Positions 50,452 through 58,608 of a stretch of 64,000 nt of DNA are shown here, in pieces; position 1 is the stretch's first letter; every line of letters starts with the position of its first letter. Below the pieces are notes generated by a model. The model was not told the origin of the DNA, did not search any database, and saw only the letters and a program-made list of their open reading frames with translations. The DNA lies in IMG/VR virus record IMGVR_UViG_3300030503_000315, positions 62,001 to 126,000 of that record; one strand, 5' to 3'. The position numbers and the translations under genes were made by a program.

Positions 50452-50596
50452 CTCCGTTTCGTTGGGAGGGTGTGAAAACGCGAACAACGCGCGAAAACCG
50501 AAGTGCGTTTTCGCTACGTGCCCATGCCATACTATTGTAACATTTCTGTCAGGTTTCGTGGAACATTCGAAAACAGTTGTAGGATAAAAACAACAC
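50452..50596 (-). promoter_or_regulatory. Class A promoter plus AACGAAACGGAG leader
   Basis: ATGTTACAAT at 50534-50543; palindrome variant with an 11-nt spacer at 50575-50596; leader 50452-50470. Confidence 0.68.
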
Positions 50597-50620
50597 CCGA
50601 AAACCACTGTGTGGGCAGTA

Positions 50621-50923
50621 CTATCTCTGCTCCAGGCGCTTACTCAATCGAATGTATACCGTCGCGTACAAACCAGTAGGATCGCAGCCGGACGCGCGGT
50701 TCGCAAGCGCAACATTGTCGATGCCGTTCGCAACGAACACCCCATAGTAGTACGCGACCTTCAACACCTTTCGATATCCATCCACGAGAACGTACTCACC
50801 AACGCGTGGGATTGCCAGAGCGTCCTGGATTGTGATCGTTGCTATACCACCGAGCTTATCGCTCATCGGAATTTCGTAGTCTATCTGCATGTCACACCAC
50901 GGTGAGTTCCTGATTATCTTCAC
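50621..50923 (-). CDS. Hypothetical protein
   Basis: Coupled to the topoisomerase A-subunit stop. Confidence 0.5.
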   Translation of the reverse strand: MKIIRNSPWCDMQIDYEIPMSDKLGGIATITIQDALAIPRVGEYVLVDGYRKVLKVAYYYGVFVANGIDNVALANRASGCDPTGLYATVYIRLSKRLEQR

Positions 50924-52412
50924 GATCCTGATACGTCTGATCCTTCAGGACGAGATCGCGAACGCGCAGCACGTCGAGTAGCACCTTCTCTCTTGGTTTC
51001 TTCACCCACGCCTGCAGCTGCTTCAGCAACGTTTGCTGCTCCTTCAGTTTCGCCTTGTACTCGTTCTGGTTCAGCTTCGAGATTTTGCGCAGCTGCAGGT
51101 CACAGACCAACTTCGCCTGTTCTATAGTGATCTTCAGCGCTTTCACCAATGCTGCCTCAGGGTCCTCAGACTTCCGAATCGTCTTGATGATAAGATCAAT
51201 GTGATCCGCGGCGTAGATCATGAGCTCAGAGTACGCTATGTCACGTTCGGTATACGAGATGCGATACGCCAAGCTGCGCAACTCAAGCTTCATCCTCTCC
51301 CGAAGCCACGCAATAATCAACTGCGGAACTGACAGAGCTTCGATCTTCGTATCGAAACTGACAACGCCATCCTCGATGCTGGAAGTCCGTCTCGTCACAT
51401 TAATCTTGAACGGGCGACGTTTGACTGTTGCCTTCTGCACCTTTGCCACAAACTTATCAAACTGATCGAAGTTATACGCGGGCTTGCACACTACAGTGAA
51501 GGTAGTCGAACCTTCGGAGTTCAAGCATGTCAAACACTCGGGCATTTTCCGCACAGCTTCGGTGAACTTCTCAAGATCAGTTCCTGGTGGCCAATCGTTG
51601 ATGACGATACGTTTGCTGTCCCGATCGACCTGAAGATCAGACTCGAACTGTACACTTGCATAAGGTGAGGTGAACAACTGATTCCACTGTGCCTTGTTCT
51701 CTTTCGATTGAACAAGTTGCCCGCCCCAACGATGGCTGAACTTCAGCGTCTTGGCAAAATCCAGCGGCTGCAGTTTCTCACCCTTCAGCAATCTTTCAAT
51801 TACACTCACGACCGACACTGCAGTGAATGTTGGGATCATCGTGTTGATACCCACGCCGATGCCTTCGCCACCATTTAGAATGATGTTGGGTAGCTGTGCT
51901 GGCAGGGTGACTGGCTCGACCCACTTGTCATTGTAGTTGGGAACGAACGACGTTACTTCTTTCGCAATGTAATCCGGCTCCAGAAATGACAAGCCGTAAT
52001 CCGTCAGCTTGCACTCTGTGTATCGATACGCAGCGGCGCCGTCAACCATCGATCCCCAATTGCCACGACCGAAGATAGATGGAGTCGGCATGTTGACCAT
52101 CGTTACCATTGCGCCGTAGATAGAACCATCGCCGTGTGGGTGAAGTTTACCGAGAACGAATCCGACATGCTCACCAGCTTTCTGAATCGACTTCCCACCA
52201 TTCGCCGACATGCCCCAAAGAATGCGCCGATGCACCGGCTTCAAACCATCGAACAGATCCGGAACCGACCGATCCAGATTGGTCGTCACTGCGTATGTTG
52301 TCATGTTGCGTTCGCCAAATGAACGCAACGTTTCATTCTTCAAATGCTTATCTTCTTCCGGCACTAGACTACGTTGCTTGGTCGAGGCACGCTTCTTAGT
52401 TACCATGGTCAC
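50892..52412 (-). CDS. Type IIA topoisomerase subunit A (GyrA/ParC/T4 gp52-like, no beta-pinwheel CTD)
   Basis: DGLKPVHRRILW, HPHGD.SIY, AAAYRYTE (catalytic Tyr), P..LPN...NG..GI.VG. Confidence 0.93.
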   Translation of the reverse strand: MTMVTKKRASTKQRSLVPEEDKHLKNETLRSFGERNMTTYAVTTNLDRSVPDLFDGLKPVHRRILWGMSANGGKSIQKAGEHVGFVLGKLHPHGDGSIYGAMVTMVNMPTPSIFGRGNWGSMVDGAAAYRYTECKLTDYGLSFLEPDYIAKEVTSFVPNYNDKWVEPVTLPAQLPNIILNGGEGIGVGINTMIPTFTAVSVVSVIERLLKGEKLQPLDFAKTLKFSHRWGGQLVQSKENKAQWNQLFTSPYASVQFESDLQVDRDSKRIVINDWPPGTDLEKFTEAVRKMPECLTCLNSEGSTTFTVVCKPAYNFDQFDKFVAKVQKATVKRRPFKINVTRRTSSIEDGVVSFDTKIEALSVPQLIIAWLRERMKLELRSLAYRISYTERDIAYSELMIYAADHIDLIIKTIRKSEDPEAALVKALKITIEQAKLVCDLQLRKISKLNQNEYKAKLKEQQTLLKQLQAWVKKPREKVLLDVLRVRDLVLKDQTYQDREDNQELTVV

Positions 52413-55072
52413 GCCGCCTTCTTAAGTTTGGGTTTGACTCCACGCTTCTCTGCTGCCAGGTCCCGAATTGCGTCAGATATAGGACCGAGTCGCGCAACGC
52501 CTTTCCGTGGTACAGATTTCTTTACTGTTTTCTTCGCTGCGACTTTACGTGGTGGCTTTTCCTGTTCCTCATCGTCCTCTGAAACATCCGAGGCTGAAGG
52601 CAACCCAAAGATCTTCCGGCGATACGCAACGTCTTCGTCCATAAGTTTGACGAACTCGACTTTGTCTTCCTTCTCGATTGCTGAGATTCGAATTAGGCGA
52701 CGCGTCTGCGGGTCGCACGCAAGAATGCGCAGCAGATTCTTCGGAGCTTCCCCCCACCCCTTCAGGTGATTGATCTGAACCGAGGCCGGCGCCTTCAGCT
52801 TCGCCAACTTCTTCTTCATGATCGATACAGTGTCCGCTGTCACCAGTTGCGCTTTGTAGATCGAGTAGAACTCGGGGATCGCCGACACATACACCATCCC
52901 TCTAGCAAACAATTCAGGCAAGTACTTGTAGAACAACGTCAGGAGCAGTGAATTGATGTGGCAGTTGCTTGACACAATACCAGAGGGTAACATGAAGTTA
53001 TGATACCTAGGTACTGTCAAACAGTACACCGGTACGGGTTCGTTCAGATGTTGAACACGCAACTTGCTAACTGCGAAGAATCCTTTGCCCGTCATTCGAT
53101 CAATCAGATCCTTTGCTTTCCCAGTTGCTTCATTTTGAGGCGCATACACCCGATCACCAATTCGCATATCTTCTGCACGAATGTATGCCAGATTTTGGCT
53201 GTACACCTGATAGATACGATCACGCACTGCCGGGGTTCGCACGACCAGGAATTTGTGATTCAAATCGACTTTGTACTTGTGTCCACCAATCTCCATCGAT
53301 ACGAGCGTATCGACATTCTTCTGCAATGAAGCACTTGCAGGTTTCCACTGTAACTCTCCACCAGCCCACACAGGCACGGCGAAGGTTACGCCGGCCTCCG
53401 CAAGGTGCTGAATTGATCGCTGCTGTGATTTGGTGCCATCCAATCCTCCCATCGCAGGAGGTCTGAAGGAAATCAATGTTTCTCCAACGAACGGTCCATC
53501 CGGATCTGGGTCAGCCAGACAAATGATCTTTCCCATAGTCAGCTTCGAGTACGGGTCGGCCGCCTTCGGATCATACCCGATTGCTGCCAGGATGTTAATC
53601 ACTTCCTCAGAATCAAGAGGTGTCTTTTTCTTCGTCGGCTTCAGAGCATTCATGATCTTGCCACGCAACGGCAAGATAGCCTGATACGCGAACCGCGCTT
53701 CCTTTAGCTTGCCCGTCGCAGAATCACCTTCTGTGAGGAAGAGTTCGCGATCATGCACCTTCGTCTTCGGATCGAACCCTGCATATTTTGCAGGCAGACC
53801 CATGCGCTTGACCTTGTTCAGATCAGCAGCGTTCTTCTTCGACATGTTGAACTGATTGCGCGCCTCATTGACTTTCGTCGCCTTGTCGCACAACCTTTGT
53901 GCCATTGCCTTGTTCTCTTTGAAGAACTTTGTTGCTTCGACAATGAGCTTGTCTTCCAGACCTTTGCCCATACGTTCATCCGACAGGAACACCTTGTCCT
54001 GAGAATTGAACTTTGCCTTGTGCAACTTGGCATTGACGACGCCAACCAGACCTTCTTTCAAATCGACTTCGCGGAATACAGGGACGAGTTTGCCGTCGAC
54101 CTTACGTGTCTTGATGTACGGCTTCAATGCCTGATACAGAGCGCCCGTTACTGAGTCAACGTGCTTACCACCCTTGCTATTGAAAGAACCATTAGTGAAC
54201 CCACGAAGGTCGCAGTCGCCATAGTCAGAAAAAGCAACCACGACATCAGCCGCGTGAGGATCCCCATGAACAGACTTGTACTCGAAGATCGTCTTCTCCG
54301 CCTGTGCCTTGAGCTTTGCAAGACGCGCATCAATGTACTCCTTAACTCCAGCCTTGGATAGATACTTCTTTTCGCTTTTAGCTGACTTGATGCGTATCGT
54401 CACACCCGGGTTGAAGTACGCCATCATCTCTGCCCATTCCAGCGCCATTTGCGTCGGAAACTTCGAGCTAGAGAAAATCGACATGTCGGGTTTGCAATGA
54501 ATCAGCGTCCCGGACTTCACCACGCCTTCAGGTCCGCGCGGCGCCTTGCACTTCGACACCGGGGTAACAAGCACACCCTTCTTGAACCCTATGGTGTACC
54601 ACTGACCTTCGAAAAAGGTGTAGACCGTGAAGTACTCACTTGTCGCGTTGGTGCCCTTGCTGCCGATGCCATGCGTCCCGATCGACACTTCATATGCTGC
54701 GGTGTCGTACTTGCCAGACGTATTCAGTGCTCCGAATACAGCTTGCATGGTCGACATCTTATTAATGATATCTTTGCCGTTTACGTGAATCTTTGTCTTC
54801 GTAACCCCCTGTGGTACACCATGCCCCGCATCGCTTACCCAGAACGATCCGTCCTTGTCCAGGTATAGACCGACCATATCATTCCGGCCGGCCAGCGCTT
54901 CATCCAAACCGTTGTCGAGAAGTTCTTTGATAATCATCCACAGGCCGTAGCTATCGGTGCCGCCAATGTACTGGCTAGCATTGCGACGCACCGACTCAGG
55001 GAAGACCAGACTCTTGATATTAGCTGAAGTGTACTTCGCGACTTTCTTAGCTGCTACTTTTTTGATTACCAT
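52409..55072 (-). CDS. Type IIA topoisomerase subunit B (GyrB/ParE-like) containing an intein
   Basis: GHKL motifs ELLDNGLDE, DAGHGVP, GTHGIG; Toprim TEGDSA, PLRGKIMN, DPDPDG; KGWGE. Confidence 0.93.
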   Translation of the reverse strand: MVIKKVAAKKVAKYTSANIKSLVFPESVRRNASQYIGGTDSYGLWMIIKELLDNGLDEALAGRNDMVGLYLDKDGSFWVSDAGHGVPQGVTKTKIHVNGKDIINKMSTMQAVFGALNTSGKYDTAAYEVSIGTHGIGSKGTNATSEYFTVYTFFEGQWYTIGFKKGVLVTPVSKCKAPRGPEGVVKSGTLIHCKPDMSIFSSSKFPTQMALEWAEMMAYFNPGVTIRIKSAKSEKKYLSKAGVKEYIDARLAKLKAQAEKTIFEYKSVHGDPHAADVVVAFSDYGDCDLRGFTNGSFNSKGGKHVDSVTGALYQALKPYIKTRKVDGKLVPVFREVDLKEGLVGVVNAKLHKAKFNSQDKVFLSDERMGKGLEDKLIVEATKFFKENKAMAQRLCDKATKVNEARNQFNMSKKNAADLNKVKRMGLPAKYAGFDPKTKVHDRELFLTEGDSATGKLKEARFAYQAILPLRGKIMNALKPTKKKTPLDSEEVINILAAIGYDPKAADPYSKLTMGKIICLADPDPDGPFVGETLISFRPPAMGGLDGTKSQQRSIQHLAEAGVTFAVPVWAGGELQWKPASASLQKNVDTLVSMEIGGHKYKVDLNHKFLVVRTPAVRDRIYQVYSQNLAYIRAEDMRIGDRVYAPQNEATGKAKDLIDRMTGKGFFAVSKLRVQHLNEPVPVYCLTVPRYHNFMLPSGIVSSNCHINSLLLTLFYKYLPELFARGMVYVSAIPEFYSIYKAQLVTADTVSIMKKKLAKLKAPASVQINHLKGWGEAPKNLLRILACDPQTRRLIRISAIEKEDKVEFVKLMDEDVAYRRKIFGLPSASDVSEDDEEQEKPPRKVAAKKTVKKSVPRKGVARLGPISDAIRDLAAEKRGVKPKLKKAA
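52964..53494 (-). mobile_element. 177-aa mini-intein (Hint domain, no homing endonuclease), class-3-like
   Basis: Begins PFVGETL, block B DLNHKF, block F VYCLTV, ends GIVSSN followed by +1 Cys; removal restores DPDPDG-CHINSLL. Confidence 0.88.
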
Positions 55073-55075
55073 GGC

Positions 55076-56337
55076 TCACTCGGCAGAGTTTTCCTCATTA
55101 TACGGATCGAGATTGGGTACATTCATCAATGCATGTACAAACGGAAGGACATTCGAAAGCTCGGTGATATTGCACTTGGCAGAATGATACGGAGACCACG
55201 AACCTCCTTTGGACAACTCAAGGAGGAAGTGTACGTATCCAGGTTCTATGTACTTGGGTGGGCGCTCCATGCCGGGAGCTGACTTGCCATACACTACTTT
55301 ACCTTTCGGATTATCGAATGTCAACGAGATCCGAATACGCCCCAGCTTCCACTGCACCTTAGGCAACACCTGTTCGTCAGCTTCGAGATTTATGATAGGC
55401 ATCTTGTTGCTATCGAACTTGAAGTCGACGTGAAACTTAATCCGCTTACCCGACGCAGATTCCGAGTACTGTGGAGTGTACGCGAATCCCCAACGAGAGA
55501 AGAAGTTGTGCAGGAGCTGCTCCAGCTTCGGCATAGCTTCCTTCGCGGCCTTGATCTTTTCGGGATCTGTAGCTAGGAATGTCATCTCAGAATTAGAGAT
55601 CAGACACTTGCCATACTTCTTCTTCCACGTCGCGGCTAACATCTCCACAAACGGGTCCATCAATTCTTCCTCGAAAGGAACTTCCTTCCCTACAATACCA
55701 TGAGACTTTGTGATTAGTCTCAAGGTAGGGATAAACGTGTGATGGATTCGTAGAAGTGGAACTCCCAGCTTCTTCAACGTCTTGTACGTCTCGAAGTCAA
55801 CCGGGAAGTACCACTGCTTGATACGCGTCAAACGAATCTCATTGGGATCGAGATTCGACTTGACTTCCTCAGGCTCTGGTGGTGGGGCCGGGATCACTTC
55901 TACCACTTCCTTGCCATCTTCAACTTTCAACTCTGCTTGATTTACTACAGGCAACTTCAACCTCTTCTTGATTGAAGTCTTTGATGCGGGTTTCGTTTCC
56001 GCTTTTGCCTTCATTGGTCGACACCTCTGTCTTTGGATTCAAGGTAGTAGTAAAAGCGCTCGATGAACGCCGGGCTTTGCTTATTAACAAGTTGTAGCAC
56101 ATTCGCTTCAGCTACAGGGTTTCTGGAATTTCTGGCTGCCATCACCTGCTTGGCATATTTCCTTGCGCGGCCGACAACAATGATCTGAACTTCGCCCGCC
56201 GGGCAATCCTCGTTCCCTTTCGAGAAATGACATTTCGCATACTTCTTGGGTTCATCGGGGTCCAGGTGGCCGCACTTTTTGCACAGCGGGCTGTAAACCT
56301 CGAGATAGTCCTTGTTATCCACTTTACCACCTCTCAC
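55076..56337 (-). other. Two hypothetical CDS (55076..56014; 56011..~56320 with Cys/His motifs)
   Basis: Tiled ORFs upstream of the topoisomerase genes. Confidence 0.65.
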
Positions 56338-56355
56338 ATCTCGAAAATGACAGGA

Positions 56356-56387
56356 AGGCTGACGCCCTCATTAGAGAACGTCAGCCT
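56356..56387 (-). terminator. Probable terminator
   Basis: AGGCTGACG/CGTCAGCCT stem extended by G-U pairs, TAAT loop, 30 nt after the poly-Glu gene. Confidence 0.55.
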
Positions 56388-56417
56388 GGCTGATTACTAC
56401 TTTTTCACTTCAGGTGA

Positions 56418-57185
56418 TCAGAAGTTGTCGAGGTCTTCCTCTTCTTCTTCCTCTTCTTCCTCTTCTTCCTCTTCTTCCTCTTCTTCCTCTTCTTCCTCTT
56501 CTTCCTCTTCTTCCTCTTCTTCCTCTTCTTCCTCTTCTTCCTCTTCTTCCTCTTCTTCTTCCTCTTCTTCTTCCTCTTCTTCCTCTTCTTCCTCTTCTTC
56601 CTCTTCTTCCTCTTCTTCTTCCTCTTCTTCCTCTTCCTCTTCTTCCTCTTCTTCGTCAGCCACCGGTGCTGCTGCGACGCCGCCCGAGGTCACGAAGATG
56701 TACGAAGGATCCGAGGCGATGACATTACCCGACTCTTCGGTCACGTACACCGTCTGGTTGTTGCGCTCTTCGATGCCGGTGATGGTACCCAGAAGTTCAA
56801 GAGTTTCATAAACAATGACGTTACCGACCACAGCCTTGACACGAGTCCGTGGGATAATCACGTCGCCCACGCCATAGTACGTTGTAGCTGTCGGCTTCTT
56901 AGCCGCCTCAACACGGGATTGAACCTTGAGGAAAACCTGCTGACCAACAGTCGAGGCAACAGCTGCAGCAACCTTCGTCTTCTTCACGACCTTTTCCGGT
57001 GCAGCCTTCTTTGCTACAGTCTTCTTAGCAGCAACCTTTTTAGCTACGACCTTCTTCGCAGCAACCTTCTTGGCAGGAACTTTCTTTGCTACAGTCTTCT
57101 TAGCAGCAACCTTCTTCACTGCAGCCTTCGCTTTCGTGCCGGCCACCGTCTTTGCTGCTTTCTTTGCTTTCGTACCAATTGCCAT
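56418..57185 (-). CDS. H1-like basic N-terminus, small globular core and a 73-residue poly-Glu tail
   Basis: KKVAAKK repeats in about aa 1-75; aa 178-250 are all Glu. Confidence 0.82.
   Translation of the reverse strand: MAIGTKAKKAAKTVAGTKAKAAVKKVAAKKTVAKKVPAKKVAAKKVVAKKVAAKKTVAKKAAPEKVVKKTKVAAAVASTVGQQVFLKVQSRVEAAKKPTATTYYGVGDVIIPRTRVKAVVGNVIVYETLELLGTITGIEERNNQTVYVTEESGNVIASDPSYIFVTSGGVAAAPVADEEEEEEEEEEEEEEEEEEEEEEEEEEEEEEEEEEEEEEEEEEEEEEEEEEEEEEEEEEEEEEEEEEEEEEEEEDLDNF
56436..56654. repeat. GAA/GAG trinucleotide tract (mostly 9-bp GAAGAGGAA units on the minus strand), 219 nt
   Basis: Read directly from the sequence. Confidence 0.97.
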
Positions 57186-57265
57186 GGTGATATACTCTCT
57201 AGAGATTTGATAAGAACCGATCCGCGTTGCCCGGTGCGGTCGAACCCGGTTTGCTTCTTCCTACA

Positions 57266-57274
57266 TATTTACTA
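57266..57274 (-). promoter_or_regulatory. Class B motif TAGTAAATA
   Basis: About 80 nt upstream of the poly-Glu gene, followed by hairpins. Confidence 0.6.
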
Positions 57275-57777
57275 TCTGAGACGATTCGAAACTTCGTTTA
57301 CCCTCACCGAAATTCCTGCTTTGAACAATCTGTATTCGATACCATCGCATTCTATCCAGGTATGAGCAAGATTCAATGCCATTTTCCGTTGAGCACTTTG
57401 GATCTCAGCAGATTCTCCTGGGAGAGCGAACGCTTCGATACAAGCTTCAACAAATTGCTCTCGTATAGATGCCATCATGCGAATCCATCGCGTGGATTGT
57501 TGTTGTACAATCTGAGCGCCTCCTCGTATCCAGCCTTCCGAGCTAGCTTGTAAATCAGAAACTCGAAGCCGTTGTTCTTGATTATGTACTCAGCCAACGC
57601 TTCAGGTGTCAGGTTGATTGATACCGCGACCGAAACCATTTCAGGGTCCTGCTCGAATGCATCCTTGACTGCTCTGGTGAACTCTTCCTCAATCGTCATG
57701 CTCGTACCTCCTTCGTGAAAGGCTGAACGGGACGGTCGGTTTTCAGCCGCAGTCCCGCGAGGATCGGACGTTATCAT
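57272..57777 (-). other. Two small hypothetical CDS (57272..57478, 57475..~57700)
   Basis: ORFs downstream of a class A element. Confidence 0.55.
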
Positions 57778-57821
57778 ACTTTTGCGCTGGCGTCAAAACT
57801 CGGTGTTGTTTTTACGCAACA
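57773..57821 (-). promoter_or_regulatory. Class A-like element: TATGAT -10 plus inverted TGTTG-N8-CAACA palindrome
   Basis: Palindrome at 57804-57821 with the A/T tract flipped relative to the other copies. Confidence 0.55.
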
Positions 57822-57822
57822 G

Positions 57823-58608
57823 TCACTCGTCCGAGTCTTCAGCCTTCTTGTTTGCACCACGCGTGCGCTTCGGCGGAAGCAGAACATCCTTGAACGCTGC
57901 CGACATGAATCTCCGTGCTTTGACGAATGCCTTGTAGACCGGATCCACTTTGTCGAGCGCCTTCAACTTCTTGACCGAGTTGACGACAACAACCTGAGAC
58001 ACCGCCTTGGTCCCTACTGTGATCGAATTGTCTGCAGCCTTCTTACCGATGCGGAACAGGATGCGAAACGTCGTGTTCGGGGTGAGACGAAACGCTGCGC
58101 CGAATGCTGCCTTCTCTTTTGCTTCACCTTCCTTGTTCTTGAACTTGACCTTGGCACAACGCTCCTTGATCGATGCCGGGTAGAACTTGAGGGCGTTCGT
58201 CTTGAACGTCACCTGAGCCAGACGAGCCTGCAGACCAACCAGCGTCTTTGTGTCATAAGCCGAGATGTCGAACTTCTTCTTATCCTCTGCCTGTGGGTCA
58301 TAGCGACCGACGTAGCGAATGGCTCGAATCTGATTCCCCAGCAGGCCATCCTTTTCGGTACGTACCGTAACTTCGAGGAAGAAGGGCTTGAAGTCTGAAG
58401 GTGCATCGAACAGGAATGTTCCCGGCTTAGCCTTCGCTTTCGTCTTCTTCGCGGCTCCGCCCTTGGCACGTGCCAGTCGCGCTTTCTCCAGCGGAGTCAA
58501 CACTTTGCCTTTCGGTGCGACCTTCTTGCTGCTCGAAGTCACCGACTTCCCACTGGCTGTTTTCTTCGCCACTGTTTTCTTTGTTGCTACTTTCTTGGCT
58601 GTTGCCAT
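57823..58608 (-). CDS. Highly basic protein with an H1-like N-terminus
   Basis: MATAKKVATKKTVAKK...; K/R-rich globular remainder. Confidence 0.75.
   Translation of the reverse strand: MATAKKVATKKTVAKKTASGKSVTSSSKKVAPKGKVLTPLEKARLARAKGGAAKKTKAKAKPGTFLFDAPSDFKPFFLEVTVRTEKDGLLGNQIRAIRYVGRYDPQAEDKKKFDISAYDTKTLVGLQARLAQVTFKTNALKFYPASIKERCAKVKFKNKEGEAKEKAAFGAAFRLTPNTTFRILFRIGKKAADNSITVGTKAVSQVVVVNSVKKLKALDKVDPVYKAFVKARRFMSAAFKDVLLPPKRTRGANKKAEDSDE

Noticed and set aside
50892-52412. Calling the enzyme DNA gyrase (gyrA/gyrB)
   Set aside because: The A subunit lacks the beta-pinwheel CTD and GyrA-box needed for supercoiling, so no gene symbol was given.
52964-53494. Homing endonuclease within the intein
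   Set aside because: 177 aa leaves no room, and no LAGLIDADG or HNH motif is present.
56436-56654. Possible CRISPR-like or satellite array
   Set aside because: It is a coding trinucleotide tract with no unique spacers, and no cas genes are present.
56227-56811. Plus-strand poly-Ser and (LLP)n ORFs
   Set aside because: They are alternative readings of the GAA/GAG tract; the minus-strand poly-Glu frame has a promoter, start context and terminator.
57225-57255. tRNA suggested by GGTTCGA (T-loop-like) upstream of the poly-Glu gene
   Set aside because: The flanks cannot form the 5-bp T stem or an acceptor stem, and there is no CCA. It is more likely a leader hairpin.
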